64,000 bases of DNA from Callorhinchus milii (lineage: Eukaryota). Numbering within the stretch: the stretch's first letter is position 1; each line of letters starts with the position of its first letter. A model generated the notes under the pieces. That model saw nothing but the letters and a program-made list of their open reading frames with translations. It ran no database searches and was not told the origin of the DNA. The stretch is taken from NCBI RefSeq assembly GCF_018977255.1, contig NW_024704745.1, forward strand, positions 49,662,001 through 49,726,000, written 5' to 3'. The position numbers and the translations under genes are program-made. Shown here in pieces: positions 11,836-25,477 of this stretch.

Positions 11836-14563
11836 AGAGATAACTTTCTAGAGCAGCATGTTGAGGAACCAACTAGGGGACAGGCCATCCTAGACCTTGT
11901 TTTATGTACCGAAACAGGGCTAGTTGGCAGTGTAGGCATTAAGAATCCTCTCGGGCAGAGTGATCACAATATGATTGAATTCTGCATTAAGTTAGAGAGG
12001 GAGATAGTTAAATCCAAGGCAAGTATTCTGAACTTAAATAGGGCTAATTTTGTAGGTATGAGGAAAGATTTAGGTAAAATGGACTGGAGAATAAGATTAA
12101 GAGGTAAAAATGTAGACCAACAGTGGCAAATATTTAAGGATGTAGTGCAAAATTCTCAGCGGTCACATATTCCCTTGCGGAATAAGAGTACCACAGGGAA
12201 AGCAATTCATCCGTGGCTAACTAGAGCAGTTAGGGAAAGCATCAAGTTAAAAGAAAAAGCTTATAAAACTGCCAAAAAAGCAGCAAATCTGAAGATTGGG
12301 AGAGTTTTAGAAAGCAGCAAAAAAAACTAAAAAACTCATTAAGAGCGAGAAAAAGGAGTTTGAGGGTAAGCTAACTTGGAACATTAAGTCTGATTGTAAA
12401 AGTTTTTACAAATATATTAAGAGGAATAGGCTAGTGAGGGTACATGTAGGTCCACTTCAGTCAGAGACGGGAGAAGTTGTAATGAGGGATAAGGACATGG
12501 CAGAGTCCCTAAATGGGTACTTTGCATCTGTCTTCACCCTAGAAGACACAACAAGTCTGCCAACAATAGAGATGCACCAAGGGATAAGGACAGGGAGCAA
12601 CTTAGGGAAATTTTCATTAGTAGAGAATTGGTGCTAGGGAAACTGTTAGCACTAAAAAGTGACAAATCCCCTGGTCCGGATGGCTTGCATCCCAGGGTTT
12701 TAAAAGAGGTAGCTTATGAGATAGTGGAGGCCTTATGTCTGATCTTCCAAAATTCCTTGGATTCTGGAACAGTCCCCATGGATTGGAAGATCGCAAATGT
12801 CACACCACTATTTAAAAAAGGTGGAAAGGAAAAGATAGGGAACTATAGGCCAGTTAGTCTCACATCAGTGATAGGAAAATTTTAGAATCATTGATTAAGG
12901 ATGTGGTAGTGCAGTATTTAGGGAGCACAATATAATTAGGCAAAGTCAACATGGCTTTACAAAAGGGAAGTCATGTTTGACAAATCTCATAGAGTTTTTT
13001 GAGGATATTTCGAGTAAACTAGATAAGGGTGAATCAGTGGATGTGGTCTATTTGGACTTCCAGAAGGCATTCGATAAGGTGCCGCATAAAAGGTTAGTCC
13101 AAAAGATAAGGGCCCATGGAATTGGGGGGAGCATATTAACGTGGATTGGGGAATGGTTAACGGGTAGGAAACAAAGAGTAGGGATAAACCGGTCCTTTTC
13201 AGATTGGCGGGATGTGACTAGTGGAGTGCCACAAGGATCAGTCCTTGGGCCTCAGCTATTTACCATCTACATCAACGATCTAGATGAGGACATCGAAGTT
13301 AATATATCTAACTTCGCGATGACACAAAACTAGGAGGAAGTGTCAACACAGAGGATGACATTAAAAAAATGCAGCGAGACATAGATAGGTTAGGTGATTG
13401 GGCAGGTAGGTGGCAGATGAAGTATAATGTAGGGAAGTGCGAAGTCATCCACCTAGGTAGCAAAAACAGTAGAGCGGGTTATTTTTTAGACGGGGAGAGA
13501 TTGGAATGTGTTAGCGTCCAGAGGGACTTGGGTGTCCTTGTACACCAATCACATAAAGTTAGTCTGCAGGTGCAGCAACAATTAGGAAGGTGAACGGTAT
13601 ATTATTATTATGACAGGATTATTATTCATTATGACAGGATTAAACTGTAAGAGTAAGGAAGTCTTGCTGCAACTGTATAGGGCCCTGGTGAGACCACACT
13701 TGGAATACTGTGCAGTTTTGGTCTCCTTACTTCAGGAAGGATGTACTTGCCTTGGAGGGGGTGAAGCGTAGATTTACTAGGTTAGTACCAGGGATGAATG
13801 GGATGAGTTATGAGGATAGGCTGACCAATTTGGGCCTATATTCTCTAGAATATAGAATAATTAGAGGGGATCTTATCGAAACCTATAAGATCATCAAAGG
13901 GCATGATAGAGTAGATAGTGGGAGATTGTTTCCCCTGGTTGGAGAAACTAAAACCAGGGGTCACAACCTTAAAATGTGGAGTCCTGTAGCTCAGTGGTTA
14001 GAGCACTCGCTTTGCAAGCGAGAGACTTGAGTTCAATTCCAGGCAGGGCGAAACCTTGGGCATGTTTCCTTCTCCACACGCCTAATAATAATCCCTCCAA
14101 AACAAAAAACAATAATAAATTGGTCATTTTCAATCTACGACTGTTTGTGGGACACTGCTGTGCGCAATTGGCTGCTGCGTTCGCCCACAAATATACAGTC
14201 AATTCACTTTACAGTATATTCTGTGAAGCGCTTTGGGACATCTAGAAGACGTGAAAAGCGCTATATCAAATGCAAGGATTATTATTATTATTATTAAAAT
14301 CAGAAGCCAGCCCTTTCGCACTGAGTTGAGGAAGAACTTCTTCACTCAAAGGGTGGTGAATGTATGGAACTCACTACTCCAAAGGGCTGTTGACGCTCAG
14401 CCATTGAACATATTCAAGACTGAGATAGATAGATTTCTTATTGTAAAAGGGATTAAGGGATATGGGGATAAGGCAGGGTTATGGTTTTAGCTGGAGTTAG
14501 ATTAGAAGATCAGCCATGATTGAATGGCAGGGCAGGCTCGAAGGGCCGAATGGTCTACTCCTG
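11836..14563 (+). mobile_element. CR1 LINE, 5'-truncated ORF2 with frameshifts; interrupted by a SINE
   Basis: ORFs with [48 protein letters not shown]; CR1 3' UTR. Confidence 0.95.
13977..14295 (+). mobile_element. Young full-length SINE nested in CR1
   Basis: Same family as 10501; ttaaaat target duplication; CR1 frame GHNLK/IRSQPF continues across it. Confidence 0.92.
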
Positions 14564-15196
14564 GTCGAGAGGCCTGGAATACACAGGGGAAGAAATGATG
14601 CTTTAGCTGTATACAGCATTAGTCAGATCCCACCTGGAGTACCGCATTCAGTTTTGGGCACCACATCACAGGAAAGATATATTGGCCTTGGAGGGGGTGC
14701 AGTGCAGGTTCACCAGAATGTTACCAGGCCAAAAAGGATTAAGTTACGAGGAAAGCCTACATAAACTTGGATTGTATTCCCTCAAGTTTAGAAGATTGAG
14801 GGGTGATTTGATAGAGGTTTTTAGGATGATAAAGAGATTTGATAGGGTAGATGCAGAAAATCTATTTCCTATGTTGGGGGAATGCAAAACAAGGGGGCAT
14901 AGTCTTAAAATTAGAACCGGACCATTTAAGAGTGAAATTAGGAAGCATTTTTTCACTCATAGGGTGGTAGAAATCTGGAACTCTCTCCTCCAAAAGGTTG
15001 TGGATGCTGGATCCATCCACACCTTCAAGAAAGAGATTGACAAATTTTTGGTAGGTCAGGGTATTAAGGGATACAGGGAGAAAGCGGGAAATTGGATTTG
15101 AAATTCTAGTAAAGATATAGATCAGCCATGCTCTAATTAAATGGCGGAACAGGCTCGACGGGCTGAATGACCTACTCCTGTTTCTATGTTCCTATG
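14564..15196 (+). mobile_element. Second CR1 3' fragment
   Basis: ORF 14682..15101 (RRLRGDLIEVF, TRGHSLK); ends in ttctatgttcctatg tail repeat. Confidence 0.92.
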
Positions 15197-15697
15197 AAAG
15201 TGAGTCAACATTTCGGGTCTACGATCCTTCTTCAGAACTAGGGCATGTTGGGAGGGAGAGGCTTTTAAGGGCTAACAAAGATGAGGGAGGCAGGACAAGG
15301 AAGTCAAAGGAGAAAATGGGGTAGAGGACAGAGGATTATGGGTTAAAGAGGTATTAATGATACAAAACAAAATGGGGGGATTGCAACAAAACAGGGGAAT
15401 AGATCTGTTATCGGTCCCTAGCAGATAAATGAGGTGTTGTTCCTCGAGCTTGCACTGTGGCTCATTGGAACAGCGTAGGAGACCGTGGATGGAGAGTTCA
15501 GAGTGTGAGTGGGAAGGAGAGTTGAAGTGGCAAGAAACTCGAAGCTCAGGGTTGAGCTTGCGGACAGAACGGAGGTGTTCAGCAAATCGGTCACCCAATC
15601 TGTGTTTCGTCTCCCCAATGTAGCGGCGACCACATCGTGAGCAGCGAATGCAGTAAACTACATTGGTGGTAGTACAGTTAAATCGCTGTCTCACTTG
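15197..15697 (-). mobile_element. Penelope-like element 3' fragment (GIY-YIG endonuclease)
   Basis: ORF 15272..15694: NVVYCIRCSRCGRRYIGETKHRLGDRFAEH. Confidence 0.9.
15203..15239 (-). ncRNA. Degenerate minimal type I hammerhead ribozyme in the Penelope terminal region
   Basis: Minus strand: agtt-CTGAAGA-aggatcgtagaccc-GAAA-tg-TT-gact; core boxes and stem I present, stems II and III mutated. Confidence 0.6.
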
Positions 15698-16269
15698 AAA
15701 TCATTTCTAGTGAGACATAAGGACGATCAAATATGTTTTGTGCGGCTGTGGGAGGAATGGGCTGAATGATCCCAGTGGCCACTACTTATTCCATCCTTTC
15801 TTATGTTCTTAAATGTAAACTTCATCTGGGTGCAGACTTATTCAGTTTATGTAGCATTTTAGAGTGTTCAGAATGGGACAATTGTTGAATTCATTGTTAA
15901 TTTTGAAGCTTTGAAGGCAGTTTATGTGTAGTTCTTAAAAGAAATGAAGTATTTGCAAAGGAAGTGAAATCAGTGACACTTCTTGCATATAGCACACATG
16001 TCAGCAGCAATGCGATAAAGCCAGACATTTTTTTGCACTTCACTTCGAACCCAGCCTCTAATATATTTGACCCACATGACCATGTTATAATGGGAATTGC
16101 CCTGCAGCTTGCGTTCATCTACTGCGGTTCTTATGCGCTCATTATATTTGGGACTCATGCACCTTGTTCGTTGGCATTTGGTATAGCTTGTACTATGCTC
16201 TCTTATGCAGTAATTCAGCAAATATTTAAATAATAACAATTAAAACTGGAAAACAATTTTCGAACGCTC

Positions 16270-16596
16270 ATAATAATAATAATAATAATAATAATCCTTG
16301 CATTTGATATAGCGCTTTTCACGTCAGGAGGACGTCCCAAAGCGCTTCACAGAACACACTGTAAAGTGAATTGACTGTATATTTGTGGGCGAACGCGGCA
16401 GCCAATTGCGCACAGCAATGTCCCACAAACAGTCGTAGATTGAAAATGACCAATTTATTATTGTTTTGGTTTTGGAGGGATTATTATTAGGCGTGTGGAG
16501 TAAGGAAACTTGCCCAAGGTTTCGCCCTGCCTGGAATTGAACTCAGGTCTCTCGCTTGCAAAGCGAGTGCTCTAACCACTGAGCTACAGGACTCCA
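16270..16596 (-). mobile_element. Young full-length SINE
   Basis: Reverse complement of the 60375 copy; ctcata duplicated at both ends. Confidence 0.93.
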
Positions 16597-17364
16597 CTCA
16601 TATAAATCAACAGAAGATGTGAATAGAAGACTGCTCCAGATCATAATGAATCCTATAAGCTTTCATTATGAACAACTCCCAAACTAACAGAGGATTAAAT
16701 TCACCCATCTGGACCAGCAGAAAAACAGACATTTTCCTCCCTGTGATCTGTCTCACTATAAATGTGGCATATTTAAGAAACGTTTATTTTGTTCCAGGCT
16801 GTTGAATAACAGCTTACTTCCTTCATATTATGTGAATGCAGTTTCACCTACCATCAGGATAGCACTAAGGATGTTTAATGTTACCATCTGCCGTATAATA
16901 AGATTCTGTTGACTTGCAAAGTTAGTTAAAATGCAAATGCTCTGAAAATCACCACACAACAGAATTTTCCCCATTTTAAATTTTCACTGCCAAGATCACT
17001 AAATTTATCAATTAGAAGTCAGGGATTTAATCTTAATGCTTGGAAGACGTTCTGTTGTGTTCATTATCACCCATTTGGTGATAGGAACACAAGTATTCAA
17101 CCCATCAACCAGACCCATGTGTCCCGGAAGCGGATATCGATAAGCTCTATAATCATTGATAGCTCACCACACAGTGGGCTTTGGGTTTGTGGTTAATGGG
17201 ATACTTGTTTTGCTCTGATTTTTCTTGATTTCCTGTTTTTACGCAGCTGGCTTCTCTGAAAAGGGGAGAGGGAGAGGATTGTCCAAATCACTTGGGGACC
17301 AGTCCCTGTGTTAAATATTATAGCATTGTTATATTGACCACATCACAAGTTTTGTAAGGGGAAA

Positions 17365-17565
17365 GAGTTTGTCCTGGCTAATAATCCTCCAGATAAAATT
17401 GGTCACTCATTTCATGGTTGTTTGTAGGTCATTGCTGTGTGCAAATTGACTGCTGCATTCAACTACAAATACACAATCACTATTTACAGAAATTATCTCT
17501 ACAGTGCTTTGAGATATTTCAAGGTTATTGGCATGATATAAAATTGAAGGATTATTATTATTATA
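17365..17565 (+). mobile_element. Diverged Deu-SINE 3' part
   Basis: tgtttgtaggtcattgctgtgtgcaaattgactgc core and ggattattattatt end. Confidence 0.6.
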
Positions 17566-19497
17566 AAATGTACTCTAACATCGATTTAAATGAAGGCTAA
17601 ATGATTTTTTGTATCCTTTGAAATATAGATTCCTCTTGTATAAGCACTTTCATAAATCAAGAATGTGAATTCCCTAGAGAATGTTTATTATTTTCTTAGG
17701 AACATTGTAAATGGTAATAATTTTAAAAACTATAATTACGCAATAAAAAAATATAATCATTGGTAATTATAAATGAAATTTAAATAGAATTCCATCTGGA
17801 TGTACATCATATTTAACAGTCCAAAAACATATAATGCGTTCAATACTTTATTTGGTAATAGATACTAAATTAAAGACTGCATTTTAAAATGACTTTCACC
17901 AATAAAATATAATTATGAGCTACAGTATATACAAATTAGAGTACTTAATGACCTCTAAATTTGTAATAATGTTGATTTTACCCTGCCCCCACTCATTACA
18001 ATACATTGAGAGAAATTGTTCACCGGAAATGATGCATATTCTTGGCAATTAAGTGTATAGATCGTGTTAAATGCGTTAATACTTAATTGGAAATGGTCAA
18101 GTCAATATCCTGCTGCTCATTTGGGAGTACATTACAATTTGCTACATATTTTATTTTCAAATAAAAGTAACATGAACTATTTTTTAAAACACATAATAGT
18201 ACTAGAGGTGCTACAAAGGGGCACGTTACGTAAGATCAGCCTGATCACTGACTGAAATCAATCTAGAGATGTACATTTGTGGTTGTCATTTGAGGAGAGA
18301 GAATTGAAACATTAGGCTTTGCTCTGATAGCCTTTGCAGTCGAAAGCTTGCAAGCATTTACAACAGAGTAACCATTATTACATGGTAGTTGGGGATTGGT
18401 GTGGTGCCCATAAAATCCCAACCAGAGCTATACATTCCTTGTACATGCATGTGCAGAAAGACAGATGGCTCCATTGGTGCTTCAAAACACTGGCCGGACA
18501 AAATGGCTGCCCTCTGGGTCCTCAGGTTGACATATCCCCTTCCAGAACCTCCCCATTTTTACTTCCTCTGAGCCAGTCAGCATTTTGAAGCACCAGTAGA
18601 CCAGGTTTAGATTTTTTTTTGTAAATGTTGGGGTCCACACTCCAATTGTACTATAAATGAACCCGTTACAATGAAGTGTGTAATAATGGGGTTCTACTGT
18701 ACTATCAAGACTCACACGTAAATAATGGCATCTCGAGTGAGTTACTGAAGGATTGCAGGCACTCACGGAAAGAAACAACTCCATTACAGTGAAGGAGGGA
18801 CAACATTTGGTGTGGGAAACACATTTTTACACTGGCAATGGTATTTGTCAATGATACTGACAAATGATAACAATGTTCCTAAGAATATTGGGATCAGACT
18901 ATTGATGGCAGTCTCGGCCTTAGGTCAGGTACGGAAATGAGGAAAGATGGCATGCTCTGAATGCTGAGGTTGTTTGATGAGAGATCTGATCATACATATA
19001 AAAGTGAACCAGAAGGCAAGGACATTGAAGAAAGGTGATGCAAAAGTCTGTACTGTTGAGCTGTGTTTAATATTCTCTGTCAAGTCAAGGTCAGTAACAA
19101 ACTAATGAACGCTGAGCTGAACTGATAAAAGATATTGTGAAGCATTTCAAATATAAGGCAAAGGCAATGGTTAAGAACATACCTTCAGAATTCTGGGCTC
19201 TCCAGACCCTAAGATTTTGTGTTCAATAGCCTGACAAGCTACTGGTAAGGTTGCATCTCAAATGCGGACAGATTTCATACAAGTGGATTTTGTAACGATC
19301 TTAATTCCTCCTGGGCAGATGGAGTGTAACGGCTCAGAAATGGGCATCATTTGGCCCACCAGGTGTGCTGTGGTGCTTTTCTCCACATGAACAACATAAT
19401 CTTATCCCACTCACATATGCAAAATTCTTACCCTTTAATGCTTCTCTTTTTGAAGTATCTATTGTAATTTCCTCTCTGAAATAATTTATGGACTCTC

Positions 19498-20300
19498 AAC
19501 AACAACAACAACAACAACAACAAAATTACATTTGTAAAGCGCCTTTCACGTCGAGAGAACGTCCCAAGGAGCTGAACAGTCGGGGATCAGGACCCGAGCA
19601 TGGGGGGCAGGGTTGGGTTGAAGGAGGGCAGAGAGGTAGGAGGGCGGATGAAGGCACGGTCAAAAAGGAGGGTCTTCAGTCATGCCTTGAAGGAAGTATG
19701 GAAGGGAGCAAGGTGAAGGGATTGTGGGATGGAGTTCCAGAGGGTGGGGGTAGAGAGGCTAAAAGCCCGACCGCCGATGGTGGGGCGGGTGGGGCAGGAG
19801 ACATGGAGCAGGCCAGAGCCTGCTGAGTGGAGGGAGCGGGCAGGTTGGTAGGGAGTCAGCAGGTCAGAGATGTAGGAGGGGACAAGGCCATGGATGGCCT
19901 TGAAAGTGAGGATGAGGATTTTGAATTCTATCCTCTGAGGAATGGGGAGCCAGTGGAGCTGGGTGAGGGTGGGAGTGATAGGGTCACGGAGCCTGGTGCA
20001 GGAGAGGACATAAGCTGCAGAGTTCTGGATGATCTGCAGCTTGTGGAGGGAAGAGTTGGGGAGGCCGACAAGGAGGAAGTTTCCGTAGTCGAGCCTTGAG
20101 GTGACGAGGGCACGTATGAGGATTTCGGCAGCCTGAGAGGTGAGACAGTTGCGGAGTCGGGCAATGTTGCGGAGGTGGGAGAAGACAGAGAGTGGCAGGT
20201 CATAGCACGGATATGGGGGAGAAAGGACAGTTGAGGGTCGAGCAAGATGTCCAGGTTCCTGACTGGCTTGGTGAGGTGGAGTGTGCATCCGTGGATACAA
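19498..20300 (-). mobile_element. L2 LINE 3' fragment
   Basis: ORF 19680..20300 (HLRNIARLR, TSRLDYGN, LHWLPIPQRIEFK); (caa)n tail. Confidence 0.93.
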
Positions 20301-20778
20301 CGGTTTGTCCCAGAGAATTCCACATTGCAGACACCCTGGGAATATTTTTCTATCTTCCCCTTTAATTCTTTTTGTGATTATCTTAAAGTTGTTACCATAT
20401 CATTAAAATATAACTATTTTATTTATTTCCCCCGACCAAAATATGCAGTGCGCTACTGATACCAATATCTGTCACACCTGCCCAAGTGAGATGTGACATT
20501 TCCAACTGTAAATAAGACAATCCTAATCCTAGAATCATGGAGAATTACACTGCAGATAAAGGCCATTCAGTTCATTGAGTCTGACTGGTCTCTCAGAGCA
20601 AGCTGCAATCCCACTGCCCCACCCTATCTCCATGCCCTTTTCAAAATTGCCTCTGCCAAATTTGCTCCACAATCAATCAAAAAGGCATTTCTCCACAAAA
20701 CTGGTTTCAAATAAAGTTACTACTGACTCAAGTATTTAACCAGCTGGTAACTAAAACATACTAATATCACTGTCTTAC

Positions 20779-21004
20779 CTAAAGGTGTTCCTACACCATA
20801 TCCTTTCGAGTCAATGAGCCCACCGATCTGGGTCAGGTTACAGTTTCGCTGGGTAACGAACTCAATGTTAGTTGACTCCATCAGAAGAGCATAGTCCGTA
20901 GTGAGCACCCGCTGGATCCCCACATCATTATTTTTCACCAAGGCTGTCTGCTGTCGACTGCTCATGAATGCCCACATCTTTTCGTAAGTCGAAATTTTGG
21001 ATTT
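20779..21004 (-). CDS. GRIK1: GluK1 exon, S2 ([11 protein letters not shown]...GYGVGTPLG)
   Basis: Within ORF 20720..21022; CAG/GTAAGA; 226 nt. Confidence 0.97.
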
Positions 21005-22677
21005 CTGTAAAATTGACATCAATTTATCTTTACTTGAACTATCTGAGCATTCAAGACAAAATTATTAAAGCATCATTCTTTAAGACAACTTAGCCTATGT
21101 TACAAACTCCACCTTCTCATGTTGGGTAGAAGTATAATGTTGTGAAAATATTGACAAAACTGACAATAAGTGACATAAGTTATAACTTTTACATACAGAA
21201 AATGTTTACAATTGAAACAAGAGCTAAATTTAAGACAATATTTGCAAAGGCAGCAGTGAAACAAGTGTAAACTTTGAATTTTAGATATAAGGAGTTTTTT
21301 TTAAAAAAACTAAAGTCAATTAGAATGGCGGTAATATCCATGTGATAGTCTGGCAAATTAGAAATATAGAAAATATTACTAATTGGACTCAGACAAAATT
21401 GATACAACTCCTTAGGTATGACAGTTTGGGATCCATTTTTCATCTTGTTATTGTATTCTTTGTGTAACAATGTTCCACAATTTGTACTGCCCCAGAGCAC
21501 TGAAAAAACCCAAGAGGTTTACTTTGCTTCCAATTTCCTAATAATTGAGTAAGTAGATACAGTAGAAGCCTTTACATTAAAGAACTTCACACATTTGTCA
21601 ACAATCTAAATCAGTGAAAAAAGCATAAACATAGATTAGAGTAATCCTATCATAATCCTTGCACTTAATTTAGAATCTATAACATTAAAATAACTCACAA
21701 AGAATTGTTTTCAAGGGCCCTGAATATTTGTCGACAAACACAGCAGTCATTTTGTGCACAGCAGATTCCATAGCGAATCATGAAGTGATTTACCAATTTA
21801 TTGTTGGCCTGGACACAGGGAGAAGCTCCCTTCTCTTTTCAAATGGTGTTGTGTGATCTTTAATGTCCTTTTCAACAAGCAGATGGAACTTTGATTTAAC
21901 ATCTCATTCAATGCCAACAATGCAGTGCTTCCCCAGTACTGAAATAGCAATGTCATTCTGGACTACGAGCTCAACAACTCTAAATAATTTGAAATAGTCA
22001 GTTTGTATCCACATAATTATAATGGCATATTTATAATAATATAATAATATAATAATTATAAATGTTTGCAGGGCTAAGTTTGTAATTGCTAAGCATTTCC
22101 TACTCTCTTAAATAGAATTAAATTGAATCACATAGAATGGGTTAAATAATTTGCACTAATAAGGATTGGGTAAAGAAACGACCTCAAATATTAACCTGTT
22201 GATTTTTATTTTTATGCAAGACAGAAAAACTTACCTTCACCCAAATGTTCAGAACCATTCACAACCATGAACACGTCCGTCAAACCTCTCCTCAGTTTCC
22301 TTTTTTCAGAAGAGAAAAGTCCCAGTGTAGCCAACTGCCTAACCTTATCAAATTAGGGAAATCACAATGTACTCGCAACTCCAAATGTGGTCTCTCACAG
22401 CCCACATATGATTTTAAAATCACCTCTCATGACTAATACATTGTAGCCTTCGCAAAATTATCCAACATTTTCATTGGCAAACAAAACAAAATATAAATCA
22501 AATCTAATGGCGGAAATAACTAAGTTCCTGCCTGGTTTTGGTATACTTCACTGAAGCACATAATTGTTTGGAGACCACACTCAGAACAGGACCAATTCCT
22601 CAGAACATCCAGCTAGAATCACAGTGGCAGACAGTAGCCCTGTGTGTAAATTATAGCATATAACTTAATCCATGTCA

Positions 22678-23025
<348 letters not shown>

Positions 23026-25387
23026 CTAAGATCCACTGGATAAGCCCCATCTTCCCCAGCAAATAGTTTGCATTCATCTTTCATTTGCAGTTCATTCGAA
23101 ATAATACAGTGCAATAAAACAGTGCAGCCCAAGAATGAAAATACGCAAGATAATGTTATCCTACAGAGGAGAGTTTGGCATTGATCACCGGTATTGGCGG
23201 CACTGGCATTGAGGATGGTATTGAACAGCACAAGGGATAGGATATGCAAAATGATACACAAAGAGAGGTTAGCTACTTTGGCGCACTCTTAAAATTATAT
23301 ATATTTTAATAGAACAACAAACAGAATAAACTAAATCTTTTTTGGGTGGTATTGCATTTTCAGTTTCATTACCCTATAACATAGAAGCAAACTGAATTTC
23401 AAAAGTATGATGGAAACTGAAAAAGTCAAAACATTAGTTAATTGTCTAAAAAATACATCTGTAGGATTTACATATACTCAAACATTCAAGAGGACACTAT
23501 GAGAAGTTGAGAGTGGAAAATGATGGTCTGGTGGTCTCACAGAATCAAATAATCCTGGCAGTCACTGATCTGATGTGTCTTGATTTTCAGTTTGATGGAC
23601 TGGGTTTAACCTCTGCTGCAGAACAATTAACTACTTAAGCACTATCATCCATGACAGTAAGGGATAACTAAAGTCAAAAATGTATAGAGGTGTACCAACT
23701 AAATAACCCCAAAGGTCTTTTTTAGTGCCGACAAGGGCAATATGGGATGTGTCCTGTTTGTGTCTATTAACCCTGCAAGTCAAAGCCCAACAAGTAGAGT
23801 GGTTCTAACATGATGAGCTGCATGGCTTTAGCTGATTAAACTCCAACAGTACCCTTGGCCTTGGCTCTTGCCAAACTAAATTCTTTGGGAATTGGTTGCG
23901 TCCCTCCAGGAGAGAATGGATACTCTGCACCAGACAAATCCAAATCATAAAAGGAATTCTCAGTAGTTTGGTTTGGATAAAATAGTTTTTTTGAATGTGT
24001 CAAATATGTGACTGATCAAAAGACAAATGGCCACTGACTATACCCAGGAAGTTTGACTTCTTTACCCTATGAATCTAAGGTTTCTAGTTATTGGTAACTA
24101 GGCTTGACTTTTCATAGCTTAACACTCACTAACTACACCAGGGCTTTACTCTCAACTGGAAAATCAAACATTACATTCCTATACAAAAGTAGACTTTAGC
24201 TTGCTGGGTCAGCACTGGTATAGCAAGCCCAAATACCTTGGCTGTTTTTGATTAAACTCTTTAAGACAAGTCTTAATGATTGGGGAGGGAATTATGATCC
24301 CAGACAGAGGCTGCTGCCTATTACATTCCACTTGATGAACTGGAGCAAGTCAAACCCAGCTGGAATATAACTAGACAAAGGGAACTTGAGCTGTACTAAG
24401 AAATGACAGCTCAAGTTCAACAGCTGCAGTAAGAATTGCCAGGAAGGTTTCCTTGTACACCCCTTGAAATCCTAATGGTACAGATAGCTCAATTCTGATG
24501 GAAAACTATAGAAGTGTAACTTAGAGGTGTCACTTATTTATAATCAAATCTAGGTTTGATTAGAGACATGAGGCTTGTAAGGCAATCAGATTCATAGCCA
24601 GGAATATTTATGTGATCTCTTGAATCTTGATGTAGTATTACAGAATTCTATATCAACAATATTTGTTAATTCACAGCAAATGAAAGGAGAAGGTGAAATA
24701 ACCATAAAACCTGGTGCATAAGTGGCACTCTTATGTTATGGCTGTGATTTTGTTAGAAAAGTAAACATTGCACTGTGTGAAAGTAACTCCTCTGGATTTG
24801 AAGAACATAAAACTAGATGTGAAGATATGACTTTTATCGTAACCTAAATTTTCATATAGTTTTCTCTTTCTATCCCATGTAATTATGTTTTAAAGAAAAC
24901 TTGCGTGAGGTGGCTTTTTTTATAATACTTTTATTTAGACCAAACAAATTGTTCAAAGGATGATTAATGCAGAAATTCGTCCAGTGACAATTTGTTGGTA
25001 AGCCCAAGTTGTAGCAGGGACAACAAATCATTATTTTAATTAGGATAAAATCTGCTCAGAGACAATACTTGCTGAAGTCTCTTTAGTGCCTTATGGCAGA
25101 CATGACAGCCAATCCTGATCCAGACTTTGCTCACGGTCTGTAGGAAAGAGAAAGTCTGATCATCATAGTAAAATTAAACAGTCGGCTCGCACTTTCATGC
25201 AAACAACACAGACTTTCCACATGGAAGAGATCAATGAAAACAGAAGAGGTTAGCATTTGGCTAGTCCTTTTGCAGCTATTAGTAGAAGCTATCATGGTGC
25301 ACTTACGTCCACAATTACCACAAGTTTGTATGGGCAAACATTTGCTGGCTCACAAATGTTTATGAAGCTGTTAAAAGACAAGCAGAG

Positions 25388-25477
25388 TCTGGTTGGGGCT
25401 GACTGTCATGTACTCAAGGTAGTGGCAACTATCAGACACGACGTCCCACAATTTGCTGTGGATGATGGTAAACTCCA
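25388..25477 (-). promoter_or_regulatory. Editing-complementary sequence (ECS) for the Q/R site
   Basis: Imperfect inverted repeat of 27201-27305 in two blocks: tctggttggggctgactgtcatgtactcaaggta and tcccacaatttgctgtggatgatggtaaactcca. About 1.87 kb from the edited A, similar to the ~1.9 kb known for mammalian GluR5/GluR6. Confidence 0.88.

Noticed and set aside
18790-19160. Possible RTE LINE relic (also ~24300-24830) and Tx1-like remnant near 59350-59580
   Set aside because: Too degenerate to support by eye.
25245-25270. Plus-strand peptide EVSIWLVL resembling the recalled GluK2b tail ESSIWLV
   Set aside because: Wrong strand and wrong intron; chance match.
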